DNA from: Pirellulales bacterium
Lineage (GTDB): Bacteria > Planctomycetota > Planctomycetia > Pirellulales > JBFWUW01
Length of the DNA stretch: 64,000 bases
Reading direction: 5' to 3'
Assembly: GCA_050247075.1 (NCBI GenBank)
Contig: JBFWUW010000037.1
Location: forward strand, 1-64,000
How positions within the stretch are numbered: the stretch's first letter is position 1; every line of letters begins with the position of its first letter. The translations under genes were made by a program, and so were the position numbers. Shown here piece after piece: positions 26,907 through 36,292 of the stretch. The notes beneath the pieces were generated by a model. That model did not search any database. It was not told where the DNA came from and worked only from the letters and a program-made list of their open reading frames with translations.

Positions 26907-28088
26907 TTACAAGCGCTCCGGCACGTATTCGTGGTCGCGCTTGCGAAGGACCGTGGCGGAGATGACACGGTCAGGCTCCGTGGTTTTGCGGGTTTCGTCA
27001 TCCATCCGTTTCAGCTTGGCCAGCACATCCAGCCCGTCGATAATACGGCCAAACACGGTATGCTTGCCATTCAAGCCAAGCGCCGGTCGAAAACTCAGAA
27101 AGAACTGAGAGCCGCCGGTGTCCTTGCCGGCATGGGCCATGCTGATGCTGCCGCGAAAATGCTCGCGATGGTCCTCGCGGCCGCATTCACACGCGATTTT
27201 GTAGCCAGGACCGCCGGTGCTGTTGCCGAGTGGATCGCCACCTTGCGCGACGAACGATGATTCCACGCGAAAGAACGTCGTATCGTTGTAGTATTTGTCC
27301 TCCACCAGACGGACAAAGTTGGCCACGGTGTTGGGGGCCTGGTCCTCAAAGAGTTCCAGTGTCATGTCTCCCTGGGTCGTGTGGAGCAAGACTCGCGGAA
27401 GATCGCCCGCCTCGGCATCGGCCGCGCGGAACTCTAGTTCGCGCTGCCAGGCCTTGGTCACGGCGGCGGCTTGGCTCAAATCGCGCAACGCGGCTTCGCC
27501 CAAAACACTTTGCTCGGCGGGCAACTTCATCGTCTCGGCATCGCGCTTCAGTTTTTCGGCCGCCAGCTTGAGGTATTTTTCAGCCCGTTCTCCGTCGGCC
27601 AATGCAAAGGCAACCCGCCCCGCCAGCTCGTAGATTCCCTCGTCGAGCGGCTCGCGCGTCTCCAACGGTTCCAGCAGTTCCTGGGCAAGCTCGTAGTCGT
27701 CCTTGAAGGCGGCGGCAGCGGCCGAGAACATCATGAACTTGTCGAGATCATCCCGCCGACTGGCGCCATTGTGACTAAGGGCCTTGGCCGCCTCGGTCAT
27801 CTGAACGACCATTTCGTCGCCGGCGGCCAGTTTTTCATCGTACTCGCGCCGCAGCCCGTCCCGAGCAGACTCTGACGCCGTCAAGAAGGCCAACTGCAGT
27901 TGGTGCAGTTCGAGAACAAGGGACTTCCATTCGGCATACAGACGGTCGAACCGGGCCTCTTGCGCCGCGGCGGACAAACTTGCCGCGGGATCGGCTGCCT
28001 TAACCGTCAAGCCGCCCCATGCGGCGGCCAATAGCAGGCAGCCAGCCAGGGGGCACCATATCCACCGCGACTTTGTTGGTCTATGCAT
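26907..28088 (-). CDS. secreted cyclophilin-type peptidyl-prolyl cis-trans isomerase with N-terminal helical (TPR/coiled-coil-like) domain
   Basis: C-terminal cyclophilin motifs FFRVESSFVAQGGDPLGNSTGGPGYKI and SMAHAGKDTGGSQFFLSF. Signal peptide present. Confidence 0.85.
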   Translation of the reverse strand: MHRPTKSRWIWCPLAGCLLLAAAWGGLTVKAADPAASLSAAAQEARFDRLYAEWKSLVLELHQLQLAFLTASESARDGLRREYDEKLAAGDEMVVQMTEAAKALSHNGASRRDDLDKFMMFSAAAAAFKDDYELAQELLEPLETREPLDEGIYELAGRVAFALADGERAEKYLKLAAEKLKRDAETMKLPAEQSVLGEAALRDLSQAAAVTKAWQRELEFRAADAEAGDLPRVLLHTTQGDMTLELFEDQAPNTVANFVRLVEDKYYNDTTFFRVESSFVAQGGDPLGNSTGGPGYKIACECGREDHREHFRGSISMAHAGKDTGGSQFFLSFRPALGLNGKHTVFGRIIDGLDVLAKLKRMDDETRKTTEPDRVISATVLRKRDHEYVPERL

Positions 28089-28155
28089 GGCAGTTGGCGG
28101 TCAAACCGATCAGATCAAACCTTTGCGGCAGTGGGCATATGCCAAGAACGGCGAC

Positions 28156-29388
28156 TCACTCCGGCTTCTCTGCGGCTCCCTCGTCGGCAACCTTTTTCGG
28201 CACGTATTTGTGGTCGCGCTTGCGAAGCACGGTAGCCGTTTCGATGACGTCAGGCTTGGGGCCGCCAGGGAATTGAGGATTAACGCGTTGCAAGTCCTTG
28301 AGGACTTCCATGCCCTGAATAACGCGGCCAAAAGCCGTGTGCTTGCCGTCGAGGTGGCCGGTGGGGCGGAAGGTCAAGAAGAACTGCGATCCGCCGGTGT
28401 CCTTGCCGGCATGGGCCATGCTCAAGGTGCCGCGGAAGTGCTTGCGATAGTCGTCCCGGTAGCATTCACACGCAATGTGATAACCGGGGCCTCCCGTGCC
28501 GTTGCCTTCAGGGTCTCCCCCTTGAGCCATGAAGCCGGGCAGAACACGATGGAACGGCAACCCGTCGTAGAACTTCTTTTCGACGAGGTTGATAAAGTTC
28601 GCCACGCTGTTGGGTGCCTGGTTTTCAAACAGCTCGATGGTGATATCGCCCTTGCTGGTAGCCAGTTTGACGCGAGGCAGGTCATCGGCTTTGGCCTCGG
28701 CCGCTCGGATATCTTGCTCTTTTGCCCATTCCTCGCGAAACTCGGGCAGCAGGGCCAGCGTGACCTTGCCGTCTTCCTCCAGTGCCTTGAGTTCCTTGGC
28801 TTGCTTCAACTCCGATTCAGCCAGGTCCAAGTCTTCCATATTGAAAGCCGCGGCACCAATCGCCTGGTGGATCGCGGGATTCTCAAAGCCTCCCTTCACC
28901 AGCAATTGCCCCAAACGGACAGCCTCTTCGTAATCGTCCCCTTCGATCGACCGGCCAATCCTCTCCGCCAAGAACTGCTCCGCCTTTTTGTTAGCCTTGG
29001 GATCTTTGAGGTACAGCTTTTCGATCTCTGGCTGCAAGTCAACCAACAAGGCAGCCCGTTCATTGATCGCCGCGGCCAGCCCTTGGTACTTCTGGACAAT
29101 CGCCGGCCGGTCAGCCTCCTTGGCCTTGCGGAACTCGCCTTCTAGCTTGCCGATCTCGCCCGCGATCTCCAGGGCCTCGTCGTAGATTTTCTCAAAGTCG
29201 GCGATCGAAGGAGGCACCACCTCGCCCTTTGGCTTTGCAGCGGCCGGTTTGGCCGGGGCGGGTTTCTTGGCGGGCTGCTGCTCGCCTTCAGCGGCGTGGG
29301 CGGACACAAACGGGCTGAAACCAACGACATAGCACAAGCCACACGTCAAAGTAAATTTTCGAACGGCGGTCAACATAATTGCACCCAA
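28156..29388 (-). CDS. secreted cyclophilin-type PPIase paralog with Lys/Ala-rich N-terminal region
   Basis: FHRVLPGFMAQGGDPEGNGTGGPGYHI and SMAHAGKDTGGSQFFLTF. Tandem paralog of 26907..28088. Confidence 0.85.
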   Translation of the reverse strand: MGAIMLTAVRKFTLTCGLCYVVGFSPFVSAHAAEGEQQPAKKPAPAKPAAAKPKGEVVPPSIADFEKIYDEALEIAGEIGKLEGEFRKAKEADRPAIVQKYQGLAAAINERAALLVDLQPEIEKLYLKDPKANKKAEQFLAERIGRSIEGDDYEEAVRLGQLLVKGGFENPAIHQAIGAAAFNMEDLDLAESELKQAKELKALEEDGKVTLALLPEFREEWAKEQDIRAAEAKADDLPRVKLATSKGDITIELFENQAPNSVANFINLVEKKFYDGLPFHRVLPGFMAQGGDPEGNGTGGPGYHIACECYRDDYRKHFRGTLSMAHAGKDTGGSQFFLTFRPTGHLDGKHTAFGRVIQGMEVLKDLQRVNPQFPGGPKPDVIETATVLRKRDHKYVPKKVADEGAAEKPE

Positions 29389-29525
29389 GAATGGTTGGTC
29401 GAAGGACGTACTTGCATTGCAAAACAGAGTCGGACGAGCGCGGCGGGGCGCAGCCCAAGACCGAGCTTTAGCGTACCATACACCTGTTACGATTTGCAGG
29501 GGCTGTCGGTTCGCTCCTCCGTTTT

Positions 29526-29574
29526 GTCGGAGGCGTTTCCAATGCCGAAAACGTAGGAGGCGTTTCTAACGCCG
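29526..29574 (+). promoter_or_regulatory. two tandem copies of a (T/G)AGGAGG + GGCGTTTC(C/T)AA(T/C)GCC palindrome element directly upstream of the rsmD-like gene
   Basis: gtcggaggcgtttccaatgccga (29526-48) and gtaggaggcgtttctaacgccga (29552-74). They are flanked by ccgttttg...cgaaaacg complementary arms. Related copies lie at 43203 and 53416. Confidence 0.5.
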
Positions 29575-29581
29575 ATGCTTC

Positions 29582-30229
29582 ATGGTTCACCGCCCGCGCC
29601 GCCAAGGCTCCAGCACCGATCCGGCTTCCGCCGACATGGGAAGTGTGCGGATCGTCGGCGGAACGTTTCGCGGGCGGCGGCTGGAATATAGCGGTGATCT
29701 ACGCACCCGGCCGATGAAAGACCGGGTTCGCGAGTCGTTGTTCAACCTTCTGCCCGACGACTTGGGGGGGCTGGCCGCCTTCGACCTGTTCGCCGGGACG
29801 GGCGTGTTAGCCCTGGAGGCAATCAGCCGGGGGGCTGAACAGGCCATTTGCATCGAACAGCACATGCCGACCGCCGAGTTGATCCGCCGCAATGCCAGGT
29901 TGCTCGAGATTGAAGACCGCGTTTTGGTCGCGCCCGCGAATACCTTCCTGTGGATTCGCCGCTTGGCCGAGGGACGCCTGGCCGCCGCGGAACTCGCACC
30001 GCTTAAGGGACCGTGGCTGGTGTTTTGTTCACCGCCTTATGCTTTTTACGTTGAGCGGGCCGACGAGATGCAACGGATGCTGGCACGCCTTGTCGAGGCG
30101 GCCCCATCGGGCAGCCGGTTTGTCCTGGAAGCCGACGACCCAGCGCACATCATCGCCAGCCCGCTGTTGGAACCGTGGGACATTCGCACCTATCCGCCCG
30201 CCGTGCTAGCGTTTTCCAAGAAGCCGTAG
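29582..30229 (+). CDS. rsmD: RsmD-like 16S rRNA (guanine-N2)-methyltransferase (class I SAM MTase)
   Basis: RIVGGTFRGRRLEY...RPMKDRVRESLFNLL...LDLFAGTGVLALEAISRGAE is the RsmD family pattern. Alternative in-frame starts are at 29573 and 29636. Confidence 0.7.
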   Translation: MVHRPRRQGSSTDPASADMGSVRIVGGTFRGRRLEYSGDLRTRPMKDRVRESLFNLLPDDLGGLAAFDLFAGTGVLALEAISRGAEQAICIEQHMPTAELIRRNARLLEIEDRVLVAPANTFLWIRRLAEGRLAAAELAPLKGPWLVFCSPPYAFYVERADEMQRMLARLVEAAPSGSRFVLEADDPAHIIASPLLEPWDIRTYPPAVLAFSKKP

Positions 30230-30382
30230 CAACATGGCTCTCGCCATGTGTGCTTGAATAGCGTTTGATCCTCGATGCCTGGCAACCTAATCCGCGGGGG
30301 ATAGCGAAATCACCCATCGAGCCAGCACGGCGGGAGCCGTACCGGTTAGGTTTTTCACCCTGTATTACAAGGAATCCTCAAG

Positions 30383-30712
30383 ATGTCACGGTATGTGGTC
30401 GATAAAGGCGACTGTTCGCGGCATACGATTTTTCCCGGCGTCCAGATTTTCACGACTTATGGCCAGCATTCAATGCTATCGCTGGTCGAGTTCGAGCCGG
30501 GAAGCATCGTGCAAGAACACAGCCATCCCCATGAGCAACTCGGATTGCTGCTAGAGGGGGAACTGCAATTCACCATCGGCGGAGAACCGCACCGCGTATT
30601 GCCCGGCATGATGTGGCGAATTCCTGGCGGGGTAAAGCACAGTGCTGTCGCCGGATCCGCCGGAGCCAAGGCTTTGGACACGTTCTACCCGATTCGCGAG
30701 GACTACAAGTGA
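30383..30712 (+). CDS. cupin domain protein
   Basis: EHSHPHEQLGLLLEGELQFTIGGEPHRVLPGMMWRIPGGVKHS is a two-His cupin barrel signature. 109 aa. Confidence 0.75.
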   Translation: MSRYVVDKGDCSRHTIFPGVQIFTTYGQHSMLSLVEFEPGSIVQEHSHPHEQLGLLLEGELQFTIGGEPHRVLPGMMWRIPGGVKHSAVAGSAGAKALDTFYPIREDYK

Positions 30713-31533
30713 GCGCCAGCCGTGCCTGTCTCAGCCTGTTCGTTGCCTGCCTGATCGGCACGACGGGCTGCTCGACAATGAGCGCATGGCGTGCGGTCTC
30801 CTCTGAGCCAGCCGGGGCCTTCAAAAAGCTGCGAGTTACGTACCGCGCCGATAGCGAGCAGATTAAGGCGGCCTGCGCGGCCCCGCCCAGTGAAGGGCAA
30901 CTTGTTTCGTACCAAGAGCCTGCCACGCCCCTGCCGGACAACACCATTTCGACTTTGGAGATTGTCTACCCGCACCCCAACGGTGTGCCCGGGATGGCGC
31001 TGGTGCAGGTGAAGATTGAAGCCCGCGGCCAGACCGAAAACCCCGCTCAGCCTTCGAGTTCGGCGTTCAAAAGGTTTTGGAACCGCACTCGCGACGAACT
31101 GCCGGGACTCAAGGGGACCGGTTGGACCCAAGAACGATGGGTGGTGGACATGCCGCGCGAGGATGTCGAGCGTCTGGTGGCATCACTCCGTTCGCAGGGT
31201 TATTTTACGAAAGATAAAGTCGCCACCGCCACCACGTCACTAGCGGCGACGATCGACGGCACCAAAACTAATAAGCGCTGGCGGCAAACTCGAGAGTTGG
31301 ATGAACTCATCACCCACGTGCGCACCGACGGGCGGCTGGTGTCATCGGCCGTTCCACCCAAGGCTGGCTTAGGCCAAGACAATCCCACATTGGCACGGCT
31401 AAAGAAAGCCACGACGCTGCAAGCTTATCGCGATCTGCTATCGCGTGATGCGGTCCGCGGGCGGCCCGCGGACACTCCCGCTGAACCGGAAGTGGTTCGC
31501 CTGCCGGATGTGAGCGAAACGGTAAAGAGGTAG
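30709..31533 (+). CDS. hypothetical lipoprotein
   Basis: The GTG at 30709 overlaps the cupin stop and gives (M)SASRACLSLFVACLIGTTGCS (signal plus lipobox-like TGC). The upstream part of track ORF 30613.. overlaps the cupin gene and is unlikely to be real. Confidence 0.45.
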   Translation: MSASRACLSLFVACLIGTTGCSTMSAWRAVSSEPAGAFKKLRVTYRADSEQIKAACAAPPSEGQLVSYQEPATPLPDNTISTLEIVYPHPNGVPGMALVQVKIEARGQTENPAQPSSSAFKRFWNRTRDELPGLKGTGWTQERWVVDMPREDVERLVASLRSQGYFTKDKVATATTSLAATIDGTKTNKRWRQTRELDELITHVRTDGRLVSSAVPPKAGLGQDNPTLARLKKATTLQAYRDLLSRDAVRGRPADTPAEPEVVRLPDVSETVKR

Positions 31534-31563
31534 CCACACTGCTTCCGCCATGCCGGCCGACAT

Positions 31564-33210
31564 CTACCGTGAATTACTTCCTACGGGACCGGGCAGAATC
31601 AACCGCGGCTGTTGGCGGGCCGTGGCGGGCGTTTCTTCCTCCTCCGCGTCAGTCGGCTCCAAATCGAGCGGCGCGGGAACTTGGATTGTCAGCAGGCGAC
31701 CGGCTCGTTCGACCAGCACGGGCATCGGCCGCGGCTGATCGAGCAGCAAGCGGTGGAACTGGTCGCTCGTGTGAAAGGCCTTGCCGCCGACCTCATAGAC
31801 GCGATCGTTTACCAACAGGCCGGCATCGTCGGCCGGAGACCCTGGCACAACACGCGTGAGGGTGGCGGCCCCCGGCTCGGCATCGTCTAGCCGCCAAGTC
31901 ACACCCACCCGCACCGGTGCGCCGGTCGGACGGACGCGGACCGTGAGGGGTTCATCCTGGCCGCGGCGTTGCACGGCAAAGTCGAGTGGTCCCCGCGCGG
32001 CCAGCACCACGCGTCGAAACACTTCACCGTCGTGCAAATCGCGATTGCCCACGCGAAGGAGCCGGTCGCCAACCTGGATGCCGGCGATCGACGCGGCCGA
32101 TTTAGGCGTTACGCCCGTCACACGAATGCCGGGTTCTTGGCTCGGTTGCGGATCCCACTGCACGCCCATGCGGCCGGGCAACGGCCCCAAGGGGCGTTCT
32201 TGCAAGATTTGCGACTCGGGTGTTTCGTGTCGCGAGGCCGCGCGAAATTTCGGCAGACGCTCGGCATTGGCCAGTGAGCAAGTGGTTAAAAACATCAATC
32301 GCGACACGCGCTCCAAGCCGGGGATGTCCAGCTTTTCCGCATCGTCACTGGGCCGATGGTAGTCGTTATGCAATCCGGTATGCAGCATCAGCACCGGTAT
32401 GTTTTTGGCAAAGAACGAATAGTGGTCGCTGTCTTCCTTCATGGTCCAAGTGAAATCGAGCAGCAAATTGAGCTGCTCGTTCTGAAAACTGACCAATTGG
32501 CGGAAACCGGGTGCGGTGCGGCTTCCCAGAATTTCCACCCGTTCGCCACGTAGCCGGCCGATCATGTCGGCGTTTAGCATGGCCACGATGTGCGACAGCG
32601 GAATGCTGGGATGTTCCAGCCAATGTTTCGACCCTAATAAGCCCGCCTCTTCGGCATCCCAAAAGGCGAAGAGAATCGTTCTCCGCGGAGCCTCGGGAAG
32701 CTTCTTGCAAGCTTCTATGACTTCGACCAGTCCGGCGGTGCCGCTGGCGTTATCGTCCGCGCCGTTATGGATGTGGCCGATCGGCCCAAAACTGTTCTGC
32801 TGATTTCCGTATCCGACATGGTCATAGTGTGCCGAGACGACGACCACCTGCTCTTGCAGCAGCGGGTCCGAACCTTCCAATTTGGCCAGAATGTTGCGGG
32901 AGTTGCCGTTGAAGGGCTGAAAGTAGCTGCCGTCGGCGGCACCACCGGCCAGGCCCAAGCGTTGGAGCTCCTTGGCCAGGTAAACGCTGGCCGCGCGTCC
33001 GCCACGACTCCCGGCCTCGCGCCCCTCAAAGGTGTCGTTGGACAACAGCACGGCGTGGCGCTTGAGATCACCTGTCGTGATCGACTCCATGGCCGCATTG
33101 AGCACGGTGTCGCCACCGCTCGCCCGATGCGTCTGGCCAATAACCGCCAATGCAACCAACAGCAACGCCATCGGGCGGCCCGGCCGGGCCGTACGCAAAC
33201 TCAGCTTCAT
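31564..33210 (-). CDS. M28 family zinc aminopeptidase with two C-terminal PDZ domains
   Basis: VVVVSAHYDHVGYG, ADDNASGTAGLVEVIEACKKL and FAFWDAEEAGLLGSKHW are M28 metal-binding motifs. Two PDZ-like segments follow. Start at the internal ATG MKLSLRTARPGRPMALLLVALAV (signal peptide). Confidence 0.8.
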   Translation of the reverse strand: MKLSLRTARPGRPMALLLVALAVIGQTHRASGGDTVLNAAMESITTGDLKRHAVLLSNDTFEGREAGSRGGRAASVYLAKELQRLGLAGGAADGSYFQPFNGNSRNILAKLEGSDPLLQEQVVVVSAHYDHVGYGNQQNSFGPIGHIHNGADDNASGTAGLVEVIEACKKLPEAPRRTILFAFWDAEEAGLLGSKHWLEHPSIPLSHIVAMLNADMIGRLRGERVEILGSRTAPGFRQLVSFQNEQLNLLLDFTWTMKEDSDHYSFFAKNIPVLMLHTGLHNDYHRPSDDAEKLDIPGLERVSRLMFLTTCSLANAERLPKFRAASRHETPESQILQERPLGPLPGRMGVQWDPQPSQEPGIRVTGVTPKSAASIAGIQVGDRLLRVGNRDLHDGEVFRRVVLAARGPLDFAVQRRGQDEPLTVRVRPTGAPVRVGVTWRLDDAEPGAATLTRVVPGSPADDAGLLVNDRVYEVGGKAFHTSDQFHRLLLDQPRPMPVLVERAGRLLTIQVPAPLDLEPTDAEEEETPATARQQPRLILPGPVGSNSR

Positions 33211-33520
33211 GGTGGCAATTCCCAGGAAAGTTGCGAGACGAAGTTCTCGACGCCGCCCTTCCGCTGAGGCAGCCACTCTGCCGGCGTCACTGGACAGCCG
33301 GCCAGTCCCTATCTGTCATCATCATACGCGGCATACAAGGTAGTATCGATACCAACCACGCCAGACTTGCGTTGTCCTTGGCCAAACCAAGTCTGGTGAT
33401 ACCGGCTGTAACGATTGTTACGGCTAAAGTACCAAAGCACTAGCATTTACATCGGCTTATCCAGTAACATATAGGCCGGTGTTGATCGGCCACTCCGCGG
33501 TTGTGGGAGATGGAACAACG

Positions 33521-35023
33521 ATGCTTCGCATCTTGGGATCACGACGAGAACTATGTAACGGTGTTAGCCGCCGCGAAATGCTGCGCGTTGGCGGCTTGGG
33601 CCTGGCTGGCCTAGGTTTGCCCGATCTGCTGCGGTTGCAAGATGCGGCTGCTAGCGATGCAGTCAATCGCCCCGCATCGTTTGGCCGGGCCAAGTCGATC
33701 ATCTTGATTCATTTGTATGGCTCGCCCAGCCAACTGGAAACAGTCGATCCCAAGCCCGACGCTCCGGTGGAAATCCGCGGCGACTTGGGCTGTATCGACT
33801 CCAGCCTGCCGGGCATGCGCGTGGGCGAGTTGTTGCCGAATCTGGCCAAGGTCATGGATCGCACGACGATCCTTCGCTCGTTGACTCATCCTTATCCGCT
33901 GCACGGGGTGGCCTTTGCCTTGACGGGAGTGCCGGCAATTGACGTAGCGATGGAGCTCAACCCGCGTGATTCTCGGCACTGGCCCTACTTTGGATCCGTG
34001 GTCGAATACATCGACCGCGTTCAAAACCGGCCTGTTGCCAAACACCCCATTCCGCAAAACATGTTGTTGCCGTGGGCCTTTAGCACCCAACGCGTGGGCG
34101 AAGTGCCGCGGGCCGGTCCCTATGCCGCGTTCTTGGGGGCCGAATACAATCCGGTTTCGACCGAGTTCGTGGGGACGGCCACCAAAAAGCTTCGCCGCAC
34201 CTTGGCCGATAAGGTCCACGACGATAACGATCCTTATATCGGCCTTAGTCCCGACAGCCACTTTGTCGTCCCAAGTGCCACGCAGCTTTTGCCAGAGCTT
34301 ACGCTCGACCGGCTCAACGGCCGCAAGTCGCTGCTGGGCCAGTTCGAGGAAGCCCGCGCCGCGTTGAACGGAATCGCTGGCGGCGGCAAGCAAGACCGCT
34401 ACCAGCAGATGGCCTATTCGTTGCTGGAATCCGACGCTTTGCGGACTTCGCTCGACATCCGCCAGGAGCCAGAATCAACCCGTGCCCTGTACGGCTCAAC
34501 CTTGATGGGACAGTCGTGCCTTGCCGCCCGGCGTTTGGTGGAGGCAGGCGGCCGCGTGGTAAGCGTTTTTTGGGACGAGTTCGGCCTGGCCGGCAGCGGT
34601 TGGGATACGCACTGGAATCACTACCCGCGAATGAAAGAAGAACTTTGCCCCGGCCTCGATCAGGCTTGGTACGGGCTGATCACCGACTTGGACCAACGCG
34701 GGCTGTTGGACGATACGCTGGTGGTCTGTACCAGCGAACATGGCCGCACGCCGCAGATCAACCAGGCGCAAGGGGGGGGCCGCGACCACTGGTCGCGGGT
34801 TTACTCGGCCATGTTAGCGGGGGGCGGCATCGCGCGGGGTCGCGTGGTAGGTGCCTCCGACAAGCATGGCAGCGACCCGGCCGACTTGCCGCTTTCCCCC
34901 AAGGATATGCTGGCCACGATGTACCATTTGCTGGGGATCGACCACCATACCATCGTCCACGATGCCCTGACCCGGCCGCTTCCCTTGGTCGAGGGGCAAG
35001 TGATTCAGCACGCGCTGGCGTAA
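33521..35023 (+). CDS. DUF1501 family protein (sulfatase-fold, Tat-signal), orphan copy
   Basis: Tat-like N-terminus MLRILGSRRELCNGVSRREMLRVGGLGLAGLG and conserved DUF1501 blocks (DxHxxxNHYP-like ..WDTHWNHYPRMKEE.., GGGRDHW). There is no adjacent DUF1549/1553 partner. Confidence 0.85.
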   Translation: MLRILGSRRELCNGVSRREMLRVGGLGLAGLGLPDLLRLQDAAASDAVNRPASFGRAKSIILIHLYGSPSQLETVDPKPDAPVEIRGDLGCIDSSLPGMRVGELLPNLAKVMDRTTILRSLTHPYPLHGVAFALTGVPAIDVAMELNPRDSRHWPYFGSVVEYIDRVQNRPVAKHPIPQNMLLPWAFSTQRVGEVPRAGPYAAFLGAEYNPVSTEFVGTATKKLRRTLADKVHDDNDPYIGLSPDSHFVVPSATQLLPELTLDRLNGRKSLLGQFEEARAALNGIAGGGKQDRYQQMAYSLLESDALRTSLDIRQEPESTRALYGSTLMGQSCLAARRLVEAGGRVVSVFWDEFGLAGSGWDTHWNHYPRMKEELCPGLDQAWYGLITDLDQRGLLDDTLVVCTSEHGRTPQINQAQGGGRDHWSRVYSAMLAGGGIARGRVVGASDKHGSDPADLPLSPKDMLATMYHLLGIDHHTIVHDALTRPLPLVEGQVIQHALA

Positions 35024-35045
35024 GTTGGACGGATCGGCGTCAACC

Positions 35046-36203
35046 ATGCAAATCGTCGCCCGCGGCACCATCTACGATGCGACCGATGCTCCGCCTCACG
35101 AGCGGATCGCCTATTTTACGGCGCTCAGCCCTCTGCGGTCGGGTGCCATGCTCTGTTCGTTTCAATTGGGGCCGGGCAAGCATTCGCCCCACTCCACGAT
35201 TGGCCTCTGCCGCTCCGACGACCGGGGAGATTCCTGGCAGCGCCAGCCGTATGAATTCCGACGGGTGATTGACGGCGCACCTGGTTCGCTGGCCGGGGCG
35301 GAACTTGTGGAAGTCGAGCCAGGACGGTTGTTGCTGTTCGCCACCTGGTACGACCGCAGCGACCCCGACCGCCCATTGTTCGACCCGGTGACGGAAGGCA
35401 TTCTGCGCGGCAAACAGCTCTACGCGGTTTCCTCTGACGAAGGCCGCACCTGGAGCGATTGGCAAGAAATCGCCACGCCCGGCCTGACCGGCCGCGCCAC
35501 GACCGGCCCGTTGGTGCAATGGCCCGACGGCACCATCGCGTATTGTTTTGAGAGTTTTAAGGATTATGACGACCCGCGGCCCAGCCGCCACGCGGCTTGG
35601 ATGTTGGTCTCCCGCGATGGCGGACGAACTTTCTCTCAGCCACTGAGGGTGGCCAAACACCCGGACGACAAAATCTATTACTGGGACCAGCGGCTGACGC
35701 CGGGCCGACGGCCGGCGGAATTCGTGGCGCTTTTTTGGACCCACGATCTGCCGAACCAGCGGGACTTGCGCGTGCATATCGCCCGAGGAAAGGTAACGCC
35801 CGCGGCTGTGGCAGGCGTGGAAACTATGTCGATCGAGGTCGAAACACCCAGAGAAACGACGATTCCCGGCCAGATCGCCGCGCCACTGCTGCATGGCAAT
35901 CGCCTGCTGGCATTTGTCGTCGACCGGGCCCGTCCGGGTACGATGAGGCTTTGGTCGTCGTCCGACGACGGCGCAACCTGGCCGGAAGGGGGCTGTCTGA
36001 CTATTCACACCCACGAGGAACGCGCCGCGCTATCCCAAGGGCAAGAAAACATCGACTTCAAGCAGTACTGGGAAGACATGGGTAAATGGAGCTTTGGCCA
36101 CCCGGCGCTGCGGCGCTGGGACGACCAGCATGTATTGGCCGCGTGGTACGCCGGTACGCCGCAAACCATGAGCATTCACTGGGCCAGGGTGCGGGTGGAA
36201 TGA
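35046..36203 (+). CDS. BNR/Asp-box repeat protein, sialidase-like (exo-alpha-sialidase / GH33-like fold), no signal peptide
   Basis: Asp-boxes SDDRGDSWQ, SDEGRTWSDW, SRDGGRTFSQ and SSDDGATWPE. The start is set at ATG 35046 because the track start is a TTG. The N-terminus MQIVARGTIYDATD lacks a signal peptide. Confidence 0.7.
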   Translation: MQIVARGTIYDATDAPPHERIAYFTALSPLRSGAMLCSFQLGPGKHSPHSTIGLCRSDDRGDSWQRQPYEFRRVIDGAPGSLAGAELVEVEPGRLLLFATWYDRSDPDRPLFDPVTEGILRGKQLYAVSSDEGRTWSDWQEIATPGLTGRATTGPLVQWPDGTIAYCFESFKDYDDPRPSRHAAWMLVSRDGGRTFSQPLRVAKHPDDKIYYWDQRLTPGRRPAEFVALFWTHDLPNQRDLRVHIARGKVTPAAVAGVETMSIEVETPRETTIPGQIAAPLLHGNRLLAFVVDRARPGTMRLWSSSDDGATWPEGGCLTIHTHEERAALSQGQENIDFKQYWEDMGKWSFGHPALRRWDDQHVLAAWYAGTPQTMSIHWARVRVE

Positions 36204-36292
36204 CGCGCGTGCCGAGCAACACTCGCCGTGTTCAGCAAATCGACCGAGGGAAATACGGCCTTGTGTGCTATCATTGAATTGGAGGTCGATCC

